The notes: a model not told the origin generated them from the letters alone. A stretch of 63,671 nucleotides of DNA, filler included, from Guillardia theta CCMP2712 (GCF_000315625.1; 8 parts of 8 records of this genome joined end to end with filler, not necessarily neighbours in it); one strand, 5' to 3'. Counted from the whole stretch's first letter, positions 1 through 17,239 are shown. A program made the numbers and translations.

Positions 1-16
1 GTAGTGTAGTGTTAGT

Positions 17-213
<197 letters not shown>

Positions 214-307
214 TTTTTTTTTCGTTTTCCAGAAAACGAATGTCATGGACAATCAGCCCAACTTGCCAACAAGGCCGAAGACTTCCAAGGTCTGAAACTC
301 ATTTCAC

Positions 308-3940
<3,633 letters not shown>

Positions 3941-4676
3941 GAGGAGGAGAGGAGGAGAGGAAGAAAGGAGGGGGCGGGAGGAAAAGGGAGAGAGAGAAAG
4001 TGAAGGAGGTCTCAGGAAAGTATCGCAGAATCAGGATGCATGGCTACAGTGAGTAGAAAAAACGGCAGGCCATGGCATAGTTATGGCGCAAGAGAACATG
4101 CACAAGGCAGAAAGAGGAGGAGGAGGAGGAGGAGGAGGAGGAGGAGGAGGAGGAGGAGGAGGAGGNNNNNNNNNNNNNNNNNNNNNNNNNNNNNNNNNNN
4201 NNNNNNNNNNNNNNNNNNNNNNNNNNNNNNNNNNNNNNNNNNNNNNNNNNNNNNNNNNNNNNNNNNNNNNNNNNNNNNNNNNNNNNNNNNNNNNNNNNNN
4301 NNNNNNNNNNNNNNNNNNNNNNNNNNNNNNNNNNNNNNNNNNNNNNNNNNNNNNNNNNNNNNNNNNNNNNNNNNNNNNNNNNNNNNNNNNNNNNNNNNNN
4401 NNNNNNNNNNNNNNNNTCGTAGAGGATCCTCCTCCTCCTCCTTCTCCCTCCTTCTCCCCCTCTTCCTCTCCCCCCTCTTCCTCTTCCTCTCTCTCCTTCT
4501 CTCTCCTTCGCCCTCTCCCCCTCTTCTCTTTCGTCCTCCTCTCCCCTCCCCTCCCCACCCCACCATCCTCCTCCTCCACCAACTTCATTCACTTCGTGTG
4601 GCATTGCTGCAGCACCATAATCGCCGTCGTCAATGCCGCACATATTTATTGCTTTCGATCTCTTCCTCGAGACCTG

Positions 4677-6361
4677 TTATTCATCCATCAGGCCAAATCT
4701 TGGATCAACAACTTCGTGATAAAATCGTCTGTCTCCTTCGACACAATATTTCCATCCCTGCCATGCAAATCATTAGTCGTACTCCCCTCTCCCTCCTCTA
4801 TCCTCTTCCCTCGTCCTCTCGCCCTCTACTCCTCCGTCCTCTTCCTCTTTCCTCTCTCCTCCTTTTCCCTCAGCTTGACCTGTGGTTTGTATTCTAGACC
4901 ATCTTCAAACAGGAAAGTTCCTCCTATCGCTCTTCCGTTCTCATATTGAGAAACAAACTTTCCTGCGTAGAAATCTCTACAGTAAGTTTCAAATCTTCAT
5001 CGAGAAATCCAAAGTAAACACCAGCACGGAAGGAAGACTTTCACAATCATCATCACCTCCCTTCTCATCGGCAACATAGCGAAAGATCATCACAATACGA
5101 TCACGATAAAAAAACTTCAACACCCCAACAAGCTCAACAATACTCGTTCACAACCATACCGTAGCCTGGATAATGCATCTCTCCCTTCCCGTGAAATTGT
5201 CCATTTTCGAACTCTCCTTTGTACAGGTTCCCATTGGCAAACTTGTACGTCCCTTTGCCGTGCGGTAGCCTGTGAACATCATACACGTTATACGAAGGAA
5301 CCAACAAACAAGTGGAAGGGGACGGGGGAAGACAGTGAGAGGACATGAACGACAGCAAAGCGACAGGAAGCGGAGGAGAGGAGAAAGAGCATCACAAAGA
5401 AGAACTCTTACCCATTGAGCAACTCTCCCTCATACTGACTTGCTATCCCATCGTAAAACAGGATCTCCCCTTCACTCTTGACAGGCTCGCGGAACAACGT
5501 TGGCTTCACTGCTCTCGGGCGCCGCTGGCCGGGAAGTTCGCCCTTCTCCTTTAGCTCCTGCACTCGCGCTCGGTCCCTCATCCCTCGCTGGTAAGATTGA
5601 ATCTTGGTCGCTGCCAGCTGCTGTTGGTCTGAGCTGTCCGCTGGAGCAGGGGAGCTACGCGGGGAAGCGCGAGGAGAAAACATCGATCCCTCCAGAACAT
5701 CCTTCCCAAAGTCTGCAACTCCCTCGGCTGCGACCTCCCCGAGCATGCTGCTTCTGTCTATGTCCATGGCTCCGCCCAGGAGGCCGAAGTTATCCCCTGC
5801 CATGCTACCCAAGTCCATCAAATTTTCTCTTGCAGCAGCGTCAGCAGTCGCCGTGTCCCCTTCCACTGCCCCCTTTGATGCCCCTCCATCTCCCTCGGCT
5901 TCTGGATTTGGTGCATTCACTCCATCGTGCTCTTCTGCCGCACCTGTCCCGTCACCACCTGCCGCGTCTGCCTCGGCGTCTGCCTCGGCCTCTCCAGCCG
6001 CAGGAATGCCTGAGTTTTCATTCTCTGCCTCTGCCTCCGTTGGCTCTCCTGTAGCTGCCCCTGTATGCTCACTTACACTTGCTTCTCCTCCTGCTTCTCC
6101 TCCTGCTTCTCCTCCTGCTTCTCTCAGCTCTGTAGGCCCGTCTCCAGCTTTCTCATCGCCGCCGCCCTCCACGCTCGCTTCTATTACTGACTCCTCGCCA
6201 CCATCTGCATTGTCCTTTTCTCCCTCATCCACAGCAGCGGATGCTTCTCCACTCTCGCCGGCCTCGTGCTCATGCCCAGCTCCACCATCGGCTGCTTCGC
6301 TCTCACTCTTCCTCTCCTCTGCCCCCACCTCAACCCCTTCTACGCTGGCTTCATCCGACAT
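4677..6361 (-). CDS. MORN5: MORN5-like MORN-repeat protein with long acidic Ala/Glu/Gly-rich N-terminus and an IQ motif (probably flagellar)
   Basis: ATG at 6361. IQ motif LAATKIQSYQRGMRDR. Exons YEGELLNG / LPHGKGTYKFANGNLYKGEFENGQFHGKGEMHYPGYG / GKFVSQYENGRAIGGTFLFEDGLEY / GWKYCVEGDRRFYHEV..E* (stop 4677-4679) match the MORN5 pattern GTYTFSDGLHY..W.YC...DRRFY.E. Confidence 0.8.
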
Positions 6362-6853
6362 GCTGCCGTTGGGCCGTTGAATTTCCGTTACGGTAATAAA
6401 CACATAATGCCGCATCACCCGTGACCCGCCGCCGCCCCGGGCCCGGCGACTCCCGAGTCACTGGGCGGCCCGGCCCGCCGCCGGGTGTCCGGTGGCGACC
6501 GCCGAGACTCGAAGGTCTGCCACCCGGTCTGATCATGGCATGATCGGACTCCGGGATCAGTGGCAGGCTGCCCAGCCTCAGGGGCAGTCACCGTTCGATC
6601 CACTCACGGCGGCACTCGGAGTCGGAGTCCAGTGAGGTCTGTCACTGTGAAAATGCCATGATGGGCGGCCATGCCGGCGGCAATCATGGCAAGTTTTCGA
6701 CTAGCAGCAGCAGCCACGCGCTCGGATTACGGTGACCGTCAGTCACATGGAGATATTGCATCATGCGTCGCAACCGTACGGATCATATAAGTGGAGTTTG
6801 AAGCGCACAGCGTTACTACATCTTGAGCTTATTTCACAGCACTAGAAACTTTA

Positions 6854-7676
6854 TCAGATAGAGTCCTGCAAGTTCAAAAGCAAGTCACGTGACTCAATCG
6901 CTGATCATCATGTGGGGCTGGGCTTACCATGCCCTCCACGAGGGGGATCTTGATCGTTTTCCTGATCAACAGCGTGTTGCGCGTGGCCTGATCAGAGCGA
7001 GCTCAGAGAGAGGGAGAAGAAGCAGGACGAGCATATTAATCTTCACCTTGTTGATCGCGAGAAGTCGATCTACCGTGACCTGCTCGATGTAACTCTCAGT
7101 TCAGGTAAAGTCACAGCGAATTGTGACGGCTCACGTTGTACTTGATGCAGATTCCGCTGATCGTGTCGCTCTTGTCCACGACGTGAGACTTCACCAGAAG
7201 CTTCGATGAGCCCTGGTAGACCAACTCCACGTCACGACAGCGATACGCGCCTCGGTACAGTCGTCACCTCGTACGGGCCCTCGACCTCTGTATCAGCCGT
7301 CGACGCTTGCTCGTCCAAGTAAGGGCTGGAGGCTGGAACGATCGCCATCATCATCTCAGCTTGCCGCACCTCTCCAGCACGACTTACCCTGCTTCGAGGA
7401 GGACAAAGGCTGAGTGCCGTACCCCTCGTAGATGTGGAAAGGGCCCGGGTGACTGTGCGTCTCCAAAGGGCGCTCTGTCCAGGGAGACGAGGTCAAGTCG
7501 TCGTGTGCATGAAAGGAAGTGGAGGATGAGAACGATCGGTGCGATGCGCTCTCACTGATGCCCAGGAAGGGATCCAGTCGCCCCAGCTCGTCGAACAGCA
7601 AGGGCTCGTCGGACCCTTCTTGCGATTTCCGTTTGACCTTCTTCCCCCACGGCAGGTACTTTTTCACAGCCTTCAT
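6854..7676 (-). CDS. LysM-domain protein (multi-exon)
   Basis: Spliced exons read SHVVDKSDTISGICIKYN / VTVDRLLAINK / ATRNTLLIRKTIKIP, a LysM consensus; final exon DSI* (stop 6854-6856). Start at MKAVKK (7676) is tentative. Confidence 0.75.
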
Positions 7677-8704
7677 GCCGCAGGTGTCGATACGAGAGAG
7701 CCTCCAGTTGTTGATGGTAGAGCAAACGAGTCTATGCAGAATCAACATGAGCGTAACGCGTGGGCAGCTGACAAACATAACCGAATTTCCCACATCCTTC
7801 AAACATCACCACACATATGTCAGGCTCTCATCAACCCAACTTTGAGATGAAGCTATCAGAACTTCTCATAACTTCATAGCATTACGGTATCATCATAGCT
7901 TTCACATCTAAAACACACCCTTCATAGCTCTGAGAATTAGACCGTTCTATTCACCACAAACCCAACCCAAGCATCTAGCATTGAAACAATTTGGTCTCCC
8001 AGCCATCTCTCATCTCAGTCTTGAAGATTCGACCTATACCATCTCCTCCTCTGTCTCTGCATTCCCTTCCTACACCATGGCTCACAACCGATCTCTCCAT
8101 CGCGCATGCGGCATTACAGCACACTGAACAGCGATGTTGAACTTCACTTAGAATGTGTTGTATATAATGCTTTTATCGCTATAGTACAACCCTTTCCGTT
8201 TTTATTACAAAACATATACAAAATAAAATCAATTTACCTGAATTGTCGGTAGAACCGAAATAATGAAACCAAGATGTTATGATAACTATACATATTTGTA
8301 CCAATTTTATATTATAAAAGTATCTCAGGTACAACATAATTTGTACCAACAATGATTGGTAGTTATTCCTCAGTCCAAGGCCACCTTGAACCGCAGGCCC
8401 GGCCCGATACATACGGGCAGCCCCGCCTCCCCGCTCATCCCTTCTCAATTCCCTTCTTCGTACTGATTTTTAACTTAACTTTGAGTAAATTCGGGCAGGG
8501 CACTGCAGTCAAGTTGACGTCAAGCAGGCTTGAGGGATGGGGGGTGGGGGGTGGGGGGGTGGTCATCGTGACAGCCCCTAAACCCTAAAACCTCATGGGG
8601 TAGTTTATGACGGGTGATAAAGAATATAAATTGGGGGGGTGCAGGAAGGGTTGTTGGTGTTTTGAGGGTGATTTTGGTGGTGGTGGTGGTTTTGGAGGAA
8701 GAGC

Positions 8705-8804
8705 NNNNNNNNNNNNNNNNNNNNNNNNNNNNNNNNNNNNNNNNNNNNTTAATTAATTAANNNNNNNNNNNNNNNNNNNNNNNNNNNNNNNNNNNNNNNN
8801 NNNN
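8705..8804. other. Artificial contig linker N44-TTAATTAATTAA-N44 (cores also at 13783, 17986, 33809, 44853, 53294, 58141)
   Basis: Identical six-frame-stop 12-mer centred in 100-nt N blocks. Confidence 0.95.
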
Positions 8805-9767
8805 ATCACCTTGATTGCTTGCTCATCTTGGAGCATCGACGAATCCTGAGAATGGGGTGCATCGATGCGTATTGGGTTTTTAACCTTGGGTAGGAACGAG
8901 GAATTGCACGCGTCGATGACGAGTCCAGGATCTTGGGGGTACCTTGGGACTAAAAGCAAAGAGGAAGTGATAGATGAATTTTCGGGAAATCCTCGTGACG
9001 TTGGGGGACTTTTTGTTGTGACGAAGCTGCTTGCCGCACAGGCTCTCCTCATGTTTTGTTGAGAAGCTTATGGAGTCGAGAGATCAGCTATAAGTCGCCG
9101 CGATGGTTGTCAGGATGGTCATAGTTCACAACAGAATACTGCCGCCGTTGTTGGCTTGTACATAGAAAGCCTTCTCCTGCTATTGCAACTGGGGGGGATA
9201 TAGGAGCAGAGCAATTGGTCTAGTGTGACCAAAGAACCTCTGTGTTGGTTGTGTTGCTTCCTAAATGAAGTTGATATCAAACTAAGTTGCTTGGCAACTA
9301 TGCGTTATCCAGCCGAGGTCGTTTAAGCATGTGCTTGGTTTGGTTGCAACCTGTGCACCTTCCATTACACGATGCAAACCCATCACGTCAGGCATCAAGC
9401 GACTCACCTGGCAACTTCCTCATCAATGTCGCCGGTCTACCGTCGCGTTCTGGGATCCATACCAAACACTGCGCTTCGATCGCTTCATNNNNNNNNNNNN
9501 NNNNNNNNNNNNNNNNNNNNNNNNNNNNNNNNNNNNNNNNNNNNNNNNNNNNNNNNNNNNNNNNNNNNNNNNNNNNNNNNNNNNNNNNNNNNNNNNNNNN
9601 NNNNNNNNNNNNNNNNNNNNNNNNNNNNNNNNNNNNNNNNNNNNNNNNNNNNNNNNNNNNNNNNNNNNNNNNNNNNNNNNNNNNNNNNNNNNNNNNNNNN
9701 NNNNNNNNNNNNNNNNNNNNNNNNNNNNNNNNNNNNNNNNNNNNNNNNNNNNNNNNNNNNNNNNNNN

Positions 9768-12700
9768 CCCTTGCTACTTTTGTCTTTTCCTGCAGCTTAT
9801 GGATTTGCATAGCTTCCAGCCTTATCACGTTACATCTTTTCCAATCGTCGACTATCTCGGACCTCGTGGTAAGCTGCAGCCCTGCCCCTCGTATCCGAGC
9901 AAAGAACAGCATCTCAAACAACCAACCCCGAAGTGTCGGATTCCCAGTTGCGTCAACGAGTTCTTCAATCTTCCTCACAAACGTTTCTCCAAGCCTCTGT
10001 GCTAGCTCCATGGAAACAAACCTGCTGACAAGCGTCCAGTGCACCTCGTCTTCGACACGATACTTCCCATGCAGGCGATTCACAGCATTGTTTGCACGCT
10101 CTCCCATCCCCATGTCAAACAGGGACGCAAAATCAGGAACAGCCTCTATCCCGTCACGGAGTTCTTGGATCGCTTCATCTGTCCTACGTTCAAACATATA
10201 TCGGCATGAGCCTCCTACAATCTGATACTTTGACTCGATTTCTCTCGACCTTCTCTCTTGTTCTGTCTCATCCATGCTTCCCTCGCCTTCATCCATGCTT
10301 CCCTCTTCTTCATCCAAGCTCCATTTCATCACATCAGCCACACTCTTATAGAACGCGTCGTACCTACAGGCTTCCAGATACTCTTCCATTGTCCACGAAT
10401 ACACCATCATTTCTTCGACCTTCTCATTCGCATCTTGCTCGGAACTCTTCTTTGCTCGAGAGCTCATCGACGTTGTGATAACAAGCCGCCGATTCTCCAG
10501 TTCACGATGAACCCAATACAGGCAAGCACTCAGCACAAATCCATGTGCTTGCTCCCCCTGTCGGTAACCATCTATAGACACCAAAGTCTTCTTCCCGCTC
10601 GGTGCCCGTTCTCTGAGAAATTTCGGTATCCAAGCCCCCGCATTGTCGGCAGGCATCTCACATTTTCTCAATACGCCATCATCAACCTGTAAGAATTCGA
10701 CAATTCCCCACTTCCACAGCCGAAAGCATATCACCCTCCATCCCTCCTCCATGCCTCGCGATTGCATGAAGGACATCGTCGTCGTCGTCTTCCCCGTCCC
10801 CGGAGGCCCTAGAATCCAACCCAGACACCCCGCCTTGCACACCCGGTCGTCAAGGAAACGCCACTGCTCATTGAAGGAATCTCGGCAGTACAGCACACGC
10901 ACCCCTGCTTGTGACGAGCTGATTGGATCAAACAGCGATCGATCGAGAAAGAAGAGTTTGTTCGCCTCCCTGTGCCCCACCAGATCACGACTCAAGGTTT
11001 TTTCTGTCCAAATTGCGCTTTCTGCTCTTCTCCCGGACTCGGCCCTGTGTTTGTCAGCACGAGCTCCTTCCTCTCAAGCTGACTGGTCAGGCGTTGCTTT
11101 TCTGCNNNNNNNNNNNNNNNNNNNNNNNNNNNNNNNNNNNNNNNNNNNNNNNNNNNNNNNNNNNNNNNNNNNNNNNNNNNNNNNNNNNNNNNNNNNNNNN
11201 NNNNNNNNNNNNNNNNNNNCTGACTGGTCAGCCGTTGCTTTTCTGCCGGGTCTTGGCACATCTCGATCTTGTGCTCGAGCTCCTTCCTCTCGAGCGTGAG
11301 CTTGTGCTCGAGCTCCTTCCTCTCGACCTTGACCGTGTGCTCGAGCTCCTTCCTCTCAAGCTGACTGGTCAGCCGTTGCTTTTCTGCCGGGTCTTGGCAC
11401 ATCTCGATCTTGTGCTCGAGCTCCTTCCTCTCAAGCTGACTGGTCAGCCGTTGCTTTTCTGCCGGGTCTTGGCACATCTCGATCTTGTGCTCGAGCTCCT
11501 TCTTCTCGAGCGTGAGCTTGTGCTCGAGCTCCTTCCTCTCGAGCGTGAGCGTGTGCTCGAGCTCCTTCTTCTCAAGCTGACTGGTCAGCCGTTGCTTTTC
11601 TGCCGGGTCTTGGCACATCTCGATCTTGTGCTCGAGCTCCTTCCTCTCGAGCTTGACCGTGTGCTCGAGCTCCTTCCTCTCAAGCTGACTGGTCAGCCGT
11701 TGCTTGTCTACCGGGTCTCAAGCAGACTGGTCAGCAGATGATATCTGCCGGGTCTTGGCACATCTAGATCATTGTGCACGAGCTCCTTCCTCTCGAGCTA
11801 GCCAGTGAGCTCGAGCTCCTTCCATCTCAAGCAGACTGATCAGCCGTTGCTTGTCTACCGGGTCTTGGCACATCTCGATCTTGTGCTCGAGCTCCTACTT
11901 CTCGAGCGTGAGCTTGTGCTCGAGCTCCTTCCTCTCAAGCAGACTGGTCAGCCGTTGCTTTTCTGCCGGGTCATGGCACATCTCGATCTTGTGCTCGAGC
12001 TCCTTCCTCTCGAGCTAGACCGTGTGCTCGAGCTCCTTCCTCTCAAGCTGACTGGTCAGACGTTGCTTTTCTGCCGGGTCTAGGCACATCTCGATCTTGT
12101 GCTCGAGCTCCTTCTTCTCGAGCGTGAGCTTGTGCTCGAGCTCCTTCCTCTCAAGCTGACTGGTCAGCCGTTGCTTTTCTGCCGGGTCTTGGCACATCTC
12201 GATCCGGCGCTGGATTTGTGAGATAGATTCCACCAGTATGCTCATTTCGTCTGTCTTGCTCTCCTCTTTCTCTTCATCTCGCCTGTATTGCTGTCTTGTT
12301 CCTTTTGGTCTTGCTTTCTCCTTTGACTTTTCATCCTGTCTGTCTTGCTGCATTGCTCTGCTTTTTCTTGCTCTCTTACTTTTGATCTTGTCGCGCTGCT
12401 TTTTCAATGATGCGGTCTGGAAGACACAGTGAGAGGAACGCAGGAGAGTCAGGTTGTGAACAAAAGCATCAGGATTTGGGCATAAGCATGAGGAAGATGG
12501 GAAAGGAAATGAGAGTGGAGAAAGCAACGGTGACAGAAGAAACAGTGGAGTTGCAACGGTAAAGCGCGCAAGGCAGTAAACCAAGAAATTGACAAGTGAA
12601 TTACAGAAAACTACACTCACAGAGTTCAATTCAACTTTCTTCTCTGCCTCGTCCTCTCCGCCTTTCAAGCGTAGAGATAGAGGAGATCCAGTGCCTTGGC

Positions 12701-12821
12701 GCGACTTACGGCTCTTGAGCTTAGCATACTTTCCTGTCTCAACGGATCGAAGCGCAGATTCGAAGGATAGGAAGAGCTGGAGGATGAGCAAAATTTCCAG
12801 AAAAAAATTCAATCCCCTCAT
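9768..12821 (-). CDS. Crinkler/RHS-type (CR) P-loop NTPase protein with signal peptide, LRLKGG motif and tandem helical repeats; 3' end in a gap, frame broken in the repeat
   Basis: ORF 9388..10995 has LYCRDSF, Walker A GPPGTGKT, Walker B LVSIDG, LVITTS, SWTMEEY, VGGSCRYMF, FVS and GWLFE, the usual CR-NTPase motif series. ORF 12015..12821 starts with a hydrophobic signal peptide. Confidence 0.72.
11060..12203 (-). repeat. Coding minisatellite: 75-bp IEMCQDPAEKQRLTSQLERKELEHK units mixed with 33-bp LTLERKELEHK units
   Basis: Direct reading; units are degenerate or low quality at ~11700-12085. Confidence 0.9.
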
Positions 12822-14666
12822 AATGGACAGTAGAAGTGCTGAAGTTCAAATCAATGTCTCTTGATGCCACGAGTATAGCTGAGAGAAATGCGAACGCGAA
12901 TCAGATTATTTGGATATCTTTCAAGCCTGCAAGCAGATAAATTGTCATGGGCAACAGGAGATGGTTCTGTTTAAGTTCATAATTGTGGAGTGGACCAGTT
13001 CGAACTTCACATCTCCCATCACCCTCTACCACAGCTCTACCTCACAAAAGTCAAAAGTTATTTTTTTTCTGCACACCTACTCGTACCACTTGGAATCAAT
13101 CTTCATCTTTATCAAGTTCAATGTTGGTGCTACTTGAAGACTTCACGTTATCATATCCCCTTCTCTTTATCGGTACAAAGTTATTGTCCTTCCTTATCCC
13201 ACTTCGCAGTTCAACTCAGTCCTCTCGTTTCCTAAGGAAATTGTCCTTTATTTCTGAGGCGTGTTCACTCGCTTCCACCTGATCTCCACTTCACTCATCG
13301 GTGCGATGCACATTTTCCTTTGCTTTCCACTTCCCTTCACTTTCCTTCGCTTTCCATTTCTCATCCTCACCTCACCTCTTGACACTCTGTTTCTGCTTTG
13401 ACATGGCTTGTTGTGATTGATCTCTTCATCTTGGTTACTCTCTAGGCCGGCGGGAGACTCTGGCAGCGGCTCAGATAACCCCACCTCTGCAGCTCAGAGG
13501 AAGGGGTACTCTGCCCCCTTCCTCCCATATATCGCTCGACCTCTCCTCTCTCCTCTCTCCCTCTCCCTCCCTCCCTCTCGACTGCTCACTCTCTCTCCAC
13601 CTCTTTCATTTATCTGGCTGTTTAAGGTTTATATGCAGAGGTTTATTAAGTCTTCCAAGGGGGCTGTATGAGGGCTCGAAAAGGGACCACAAATCAGATA
13701 CTGAATCCCCTAAGACGTTATCTTGTTCCCGATATGGANNNNNNNNNNNNNNNNNNNNNNNNNNNNNNNNNNNNNNNNNNNNTTAATTAATTAANNNNNN
13801 NNNNNNNNNNNNNNNNNNNNNNNNNNNNNNNNNNNNNNCGCCTGTTGGAAAGTGCAAGCAAAGCGTCGAGACACATGATGCAATCTCCATCAAACAAATC
13901 TTCAAGGCATCGCATGTGGAAAATATGCAATTCAAAAATCATTCATCGCAGGTAAGTATCTTATGATTATTCTGCGCTGCCATAAGGTCGGTGTCAAGTC
14001 AAAATGACAAGCGATCTCCTACACTGGATTCAAACCTCATGTTTTCATCATCTTGTTCTTCATAATAACCTTTTGAACCATGGATCTCACAACGCCATTG
14101 CTGCACACTCTGTTGTCACCGAACGCATCACCACGAACCTAGCGGTCTCAGGTCTCAAACTGTGCTGACTAGAGAGCTTCAAACCTAACAAAGCCTTGCA
14201 TGCTGAGATCTGATGCTGGCTACAGCAGCGGATGGTCTTACAGCGGCATCGTTGGAGGAGCAGCTTTGGTGCTACGTGCCGGCGTGTAGGGGAGACATGA
14301 GTCGGGCGTGTACGAGGTTGAAAACATTTCAACCCTCTGAAATGAAAGTTAAAATACATGTAAAGGCCTAGCAGAAATGATAACTAAACTGCACTGGTAC
14401 TCTTTGGAGGTATCTCTTGCTGCCGTTGAAAACTTGTTTGAATTCACACGCCACCCCAAAAAAAACTTTCTCGAAAAGAAGAGTGGAAATTAATCGGAAA
14501 GGGCTAAAAGTGAACGGCATGGATCTCCGATACAGCAGGTTGCGAACGCTCTCATCATACTGTAGTACCATGCTTAGGTACTGAGCTGTTTGAACGATAC
14601 AAACCTCTTGCTCGCAGCTTCCACCGGTCCCCTTGCGCTCTCCCTACGCGCCGCAGGGCAGCATGT

Positions 14667-14784
14667 GCCTCTGACAAGGCCCGGCTGCCTCTGACAAGGC
14701 CCGCTGACAAGGCCCGGCTGCCTCTGACAAGGCCCCGCTGCCTCTGACAAGGCCCGGCTGCCTCTGACAAGGCCCGGCTGCCTC
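14667..14784. repeat. ~20-bp tandem repeat GCCTCTGACAAGGCCCGGCT (about 6 copies)
   Basis: Direct reading. Confidence 0.9.
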
Positions 14785-14789
14785 CGGCT

Positions 14790-14822
14790 CCTAAACCCTA
14801 AACCCTAAACCCTAAACCCTAA
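14790..14822 (+). repeat. Interstitial telomere-type repeat (CCCTAAA)~4.5
   Basis: cctaaa ccctaaa ccctaaa ccctaaa ccctaa; complement of TTTAGGG. Confidence 0.85.
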
Positions 14823-16349
14823 CTAGAATGCTAGGAAGGATCTCAAGGTTTGGTTCGGCCCGACTTGGCTGGCCCCTATGGCAGCCGTGCTTCTGCTCTG
14901 CTCCCTCCTCTGTTATACTTCAATGGTCTTCTCCATCCTCAGCCAGTGGAGTTGCCTCCGCCGGCCTTGCGGCATGGGTCGTCCGTACTTAACTTGTCAC
15001 AGTATTGCTTCCCCGGTGAGTGGATGATGGTGACTCACGTCCCTTCCCCCAGGCCTCGGTCACGACCGGGCCCGAAAGCCCGGCCGGTCGCCGCCCGGGC
15101 CCTCCTCCCCTCCCCCACCGGCTTACCTGCCTTCAATAGTACCTTCGTTGCTTGCCCCATGTCCGTCCACCTCATTTATTTCTTCCTCCTTCCCGCCTTG
15201 GGGCCCACAGCTCCGCTCCGCCTCTTGTCCACCTCTAAGACTCAAGCGCGCGAGAGGCCTGCGCCAGCCTCCTCCTCCACGCCCTCGCCCTCCTCAGCTT
15301 CCATGTCGACTTCTTCCTTCAGCATCAGCCGCAGTCGGTCTCGCTTGTCGACCTTGCCCGTGCATTTCAGCCTTGGTTTTCAGCAAATTTACTGATCGCA
15401 GAAACAGAGCTCCACAGATCGACTCTCGATGTCATCNNNNNNNNNNNNNNNNNNNNNNNNNNNNNNNNNNNNNNNNNNNNNNNNNNNNNNNNNNNNNNNN
15501 NNNNNNNNNNNNNNNNNNNNNNNNNNNNNNNNNNNNNNNNNNNNNNNNNNNNNNNNNNNNNNNNNNNNNNNNNNNNNNNNNNNNNNNNNNNNNNNNNNNN
15601 NNNNNNNNNNNNNNNNNNNNNNNNNNNNNNNNNNNNNNNNNNNNNNNNNNNNNNNNNNNNNNNNNNNNNNNNNNNNNNNNNNNNNNNNNNNNNNNNNNNN
15701 NNNNNNNNNNNNNNNNNNNNNNNNNNNNNNNNNNNNNNNNNNNNNNNNNNNNNNNNNNNNNNNNNNNNNNNNNNNNNNNNNNNNNNNNNNNNNNNNNNNN
15801 NNNNNNNNNNNNNNNNNNNNNNNNNNNNNNNNNNNNNNNNNNNNNNNNNNNNNNNNNNNNNNNNNNNNNNNNNNNNNNNNNNNNNNNNNNNNNNNNNNNN
15901 NNNNNNNNNNNNNNNNNNNNNNNNNNNNNNNNNNNNNNNNNNNNNNNNNNNNNNNNNNNNNNNNNNNNNNNNNNNNNNNNNNNNNNNNNNNNNNNNNNNN
16001 NNNNNNNNNNNNNNNNNNNNNNNNNNNNNNNNNNNNNNNNNNNNNNNNNNNNNNTCCCAGCTCAGCGTGGTCTCGATCTCTGAACTCAATGCTGGCAAGC
16101 TTGAGGTTCATTCTCTTGCTAATTCAACATGGCTCGCTTGACTCGCGTGGTCGATGTGTTACTCCTCCGCACAGTGCTTCCATCTCCTTCCTCGAGAAGC
16201 GGCCTGTGCTCATGCTTGACTTCGACTTGATCTGCACCCTGAAACTGCCGCTTGGAGCTGCTCCCTGTCGCGAAGTGCCTTCCTCTGCTTGGCAATCTTT
16301 CCTCTCGGCACGAAGGTGTCGGCTGTGAGCTCGACTGCAAACGAGCCAC

Positions 16350-16697
16350 ATGACAGCTGATCCTAGGAATAGGAAAGAGATGTTGATGCGTCCAGACAGG
16401 GAGCTGTGGGAAGCGGCTGAACGAGCTGAAATTCACAAGATGGAGGAACGCAAGGTTTGGACCATAGTTTCAAGGGATTCTGAAGAAACACGAGGAAAAA
16501 TCATAGCACGCGGCATGTGGGTGTATACTACTAAGAAAGATTGTAAGAACTCGGATAAGTTCTTGGAGACGGCGAGAAGTTCAGGGTATTGCGTCTCATC
16601 GATGGACGAAGCTCAGCGAGATGGAAGTGGGTTTCGACATAGGTCTGGAATTAAGGAATCGACGAGCCTGAGGGTCAGGCGGAGAAGAGGGGGTTAG
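16350..16697 (+). mobile_element. Ty1/copia pol remnant: start of RT, internally deleted, followed by a polypurine tract
   Basis: DPRNRKEMLMRPDRELWEAAERAEIHKMEERKVWTIV...IIARGMWVYTTK matches the copia EP..Y.EA..W..AM..E..SL...TW.LV...KWVF..K region; ggagaagaggggg at 16681-16693. Confidence 0.75.
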
Positions 16698-17239
16698 GAG
16701 GACACGTGTCCACTGCGCGCTGTGCATTGTACTGGGTTGCAAGGGACTGAAGGGAAGGTGACTGCTGTGAATAAAGGAAGTGTTGGTGGTGTTGTGTGGT
16801 TCTTCTGAGAGTTCTATCACCATCAGTGAAGGTGATAGAGACTGCACAGCTGTGTATCGTTGAGGTGAATAAGGTTGGTGTAAGGATCTCAGGTGTACTG
16901 AGAATTAGTCTTTGGTGGATCTTGGGTTAAATAGATTCTGGCCAGTGAGGTGGAGGTTGATTCGATTACAAAGAGAAAATTTTCTCTTTGTTCTCAGTTC
17001 TCATTTTTTACTGTTGTTGCGCAACTGTGATTTACCGTACGGTCTGAACTGGAACAAAGAGTAAGTTCGGTTCATTGTTGCTATTTGAGTCGGTGATTCG
17101 ATTGTTTGGAATCGTTGTTTGGAAGTTGGCCTCGATTTTTTTTGCATTTTTTACGCTTGTGCTTGGAAGCTCAGTTTGGAAGGTCGGAGTCGATTCTTGT
17201 GTGGAACGTTGCTACTGATTTTTCGACATTGCTTTTACC

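Noticed and set aside
8749-8760. TTAATTAATTAA as a biological motif
   Set aside because: Always centred in 100-nt N blocks; it is an assembly linker.
10923-12083. Leu-rich plus-strand ORFs resembling LRR proteins
   Set aside because: Antisense shadow of the coding minisatellite.
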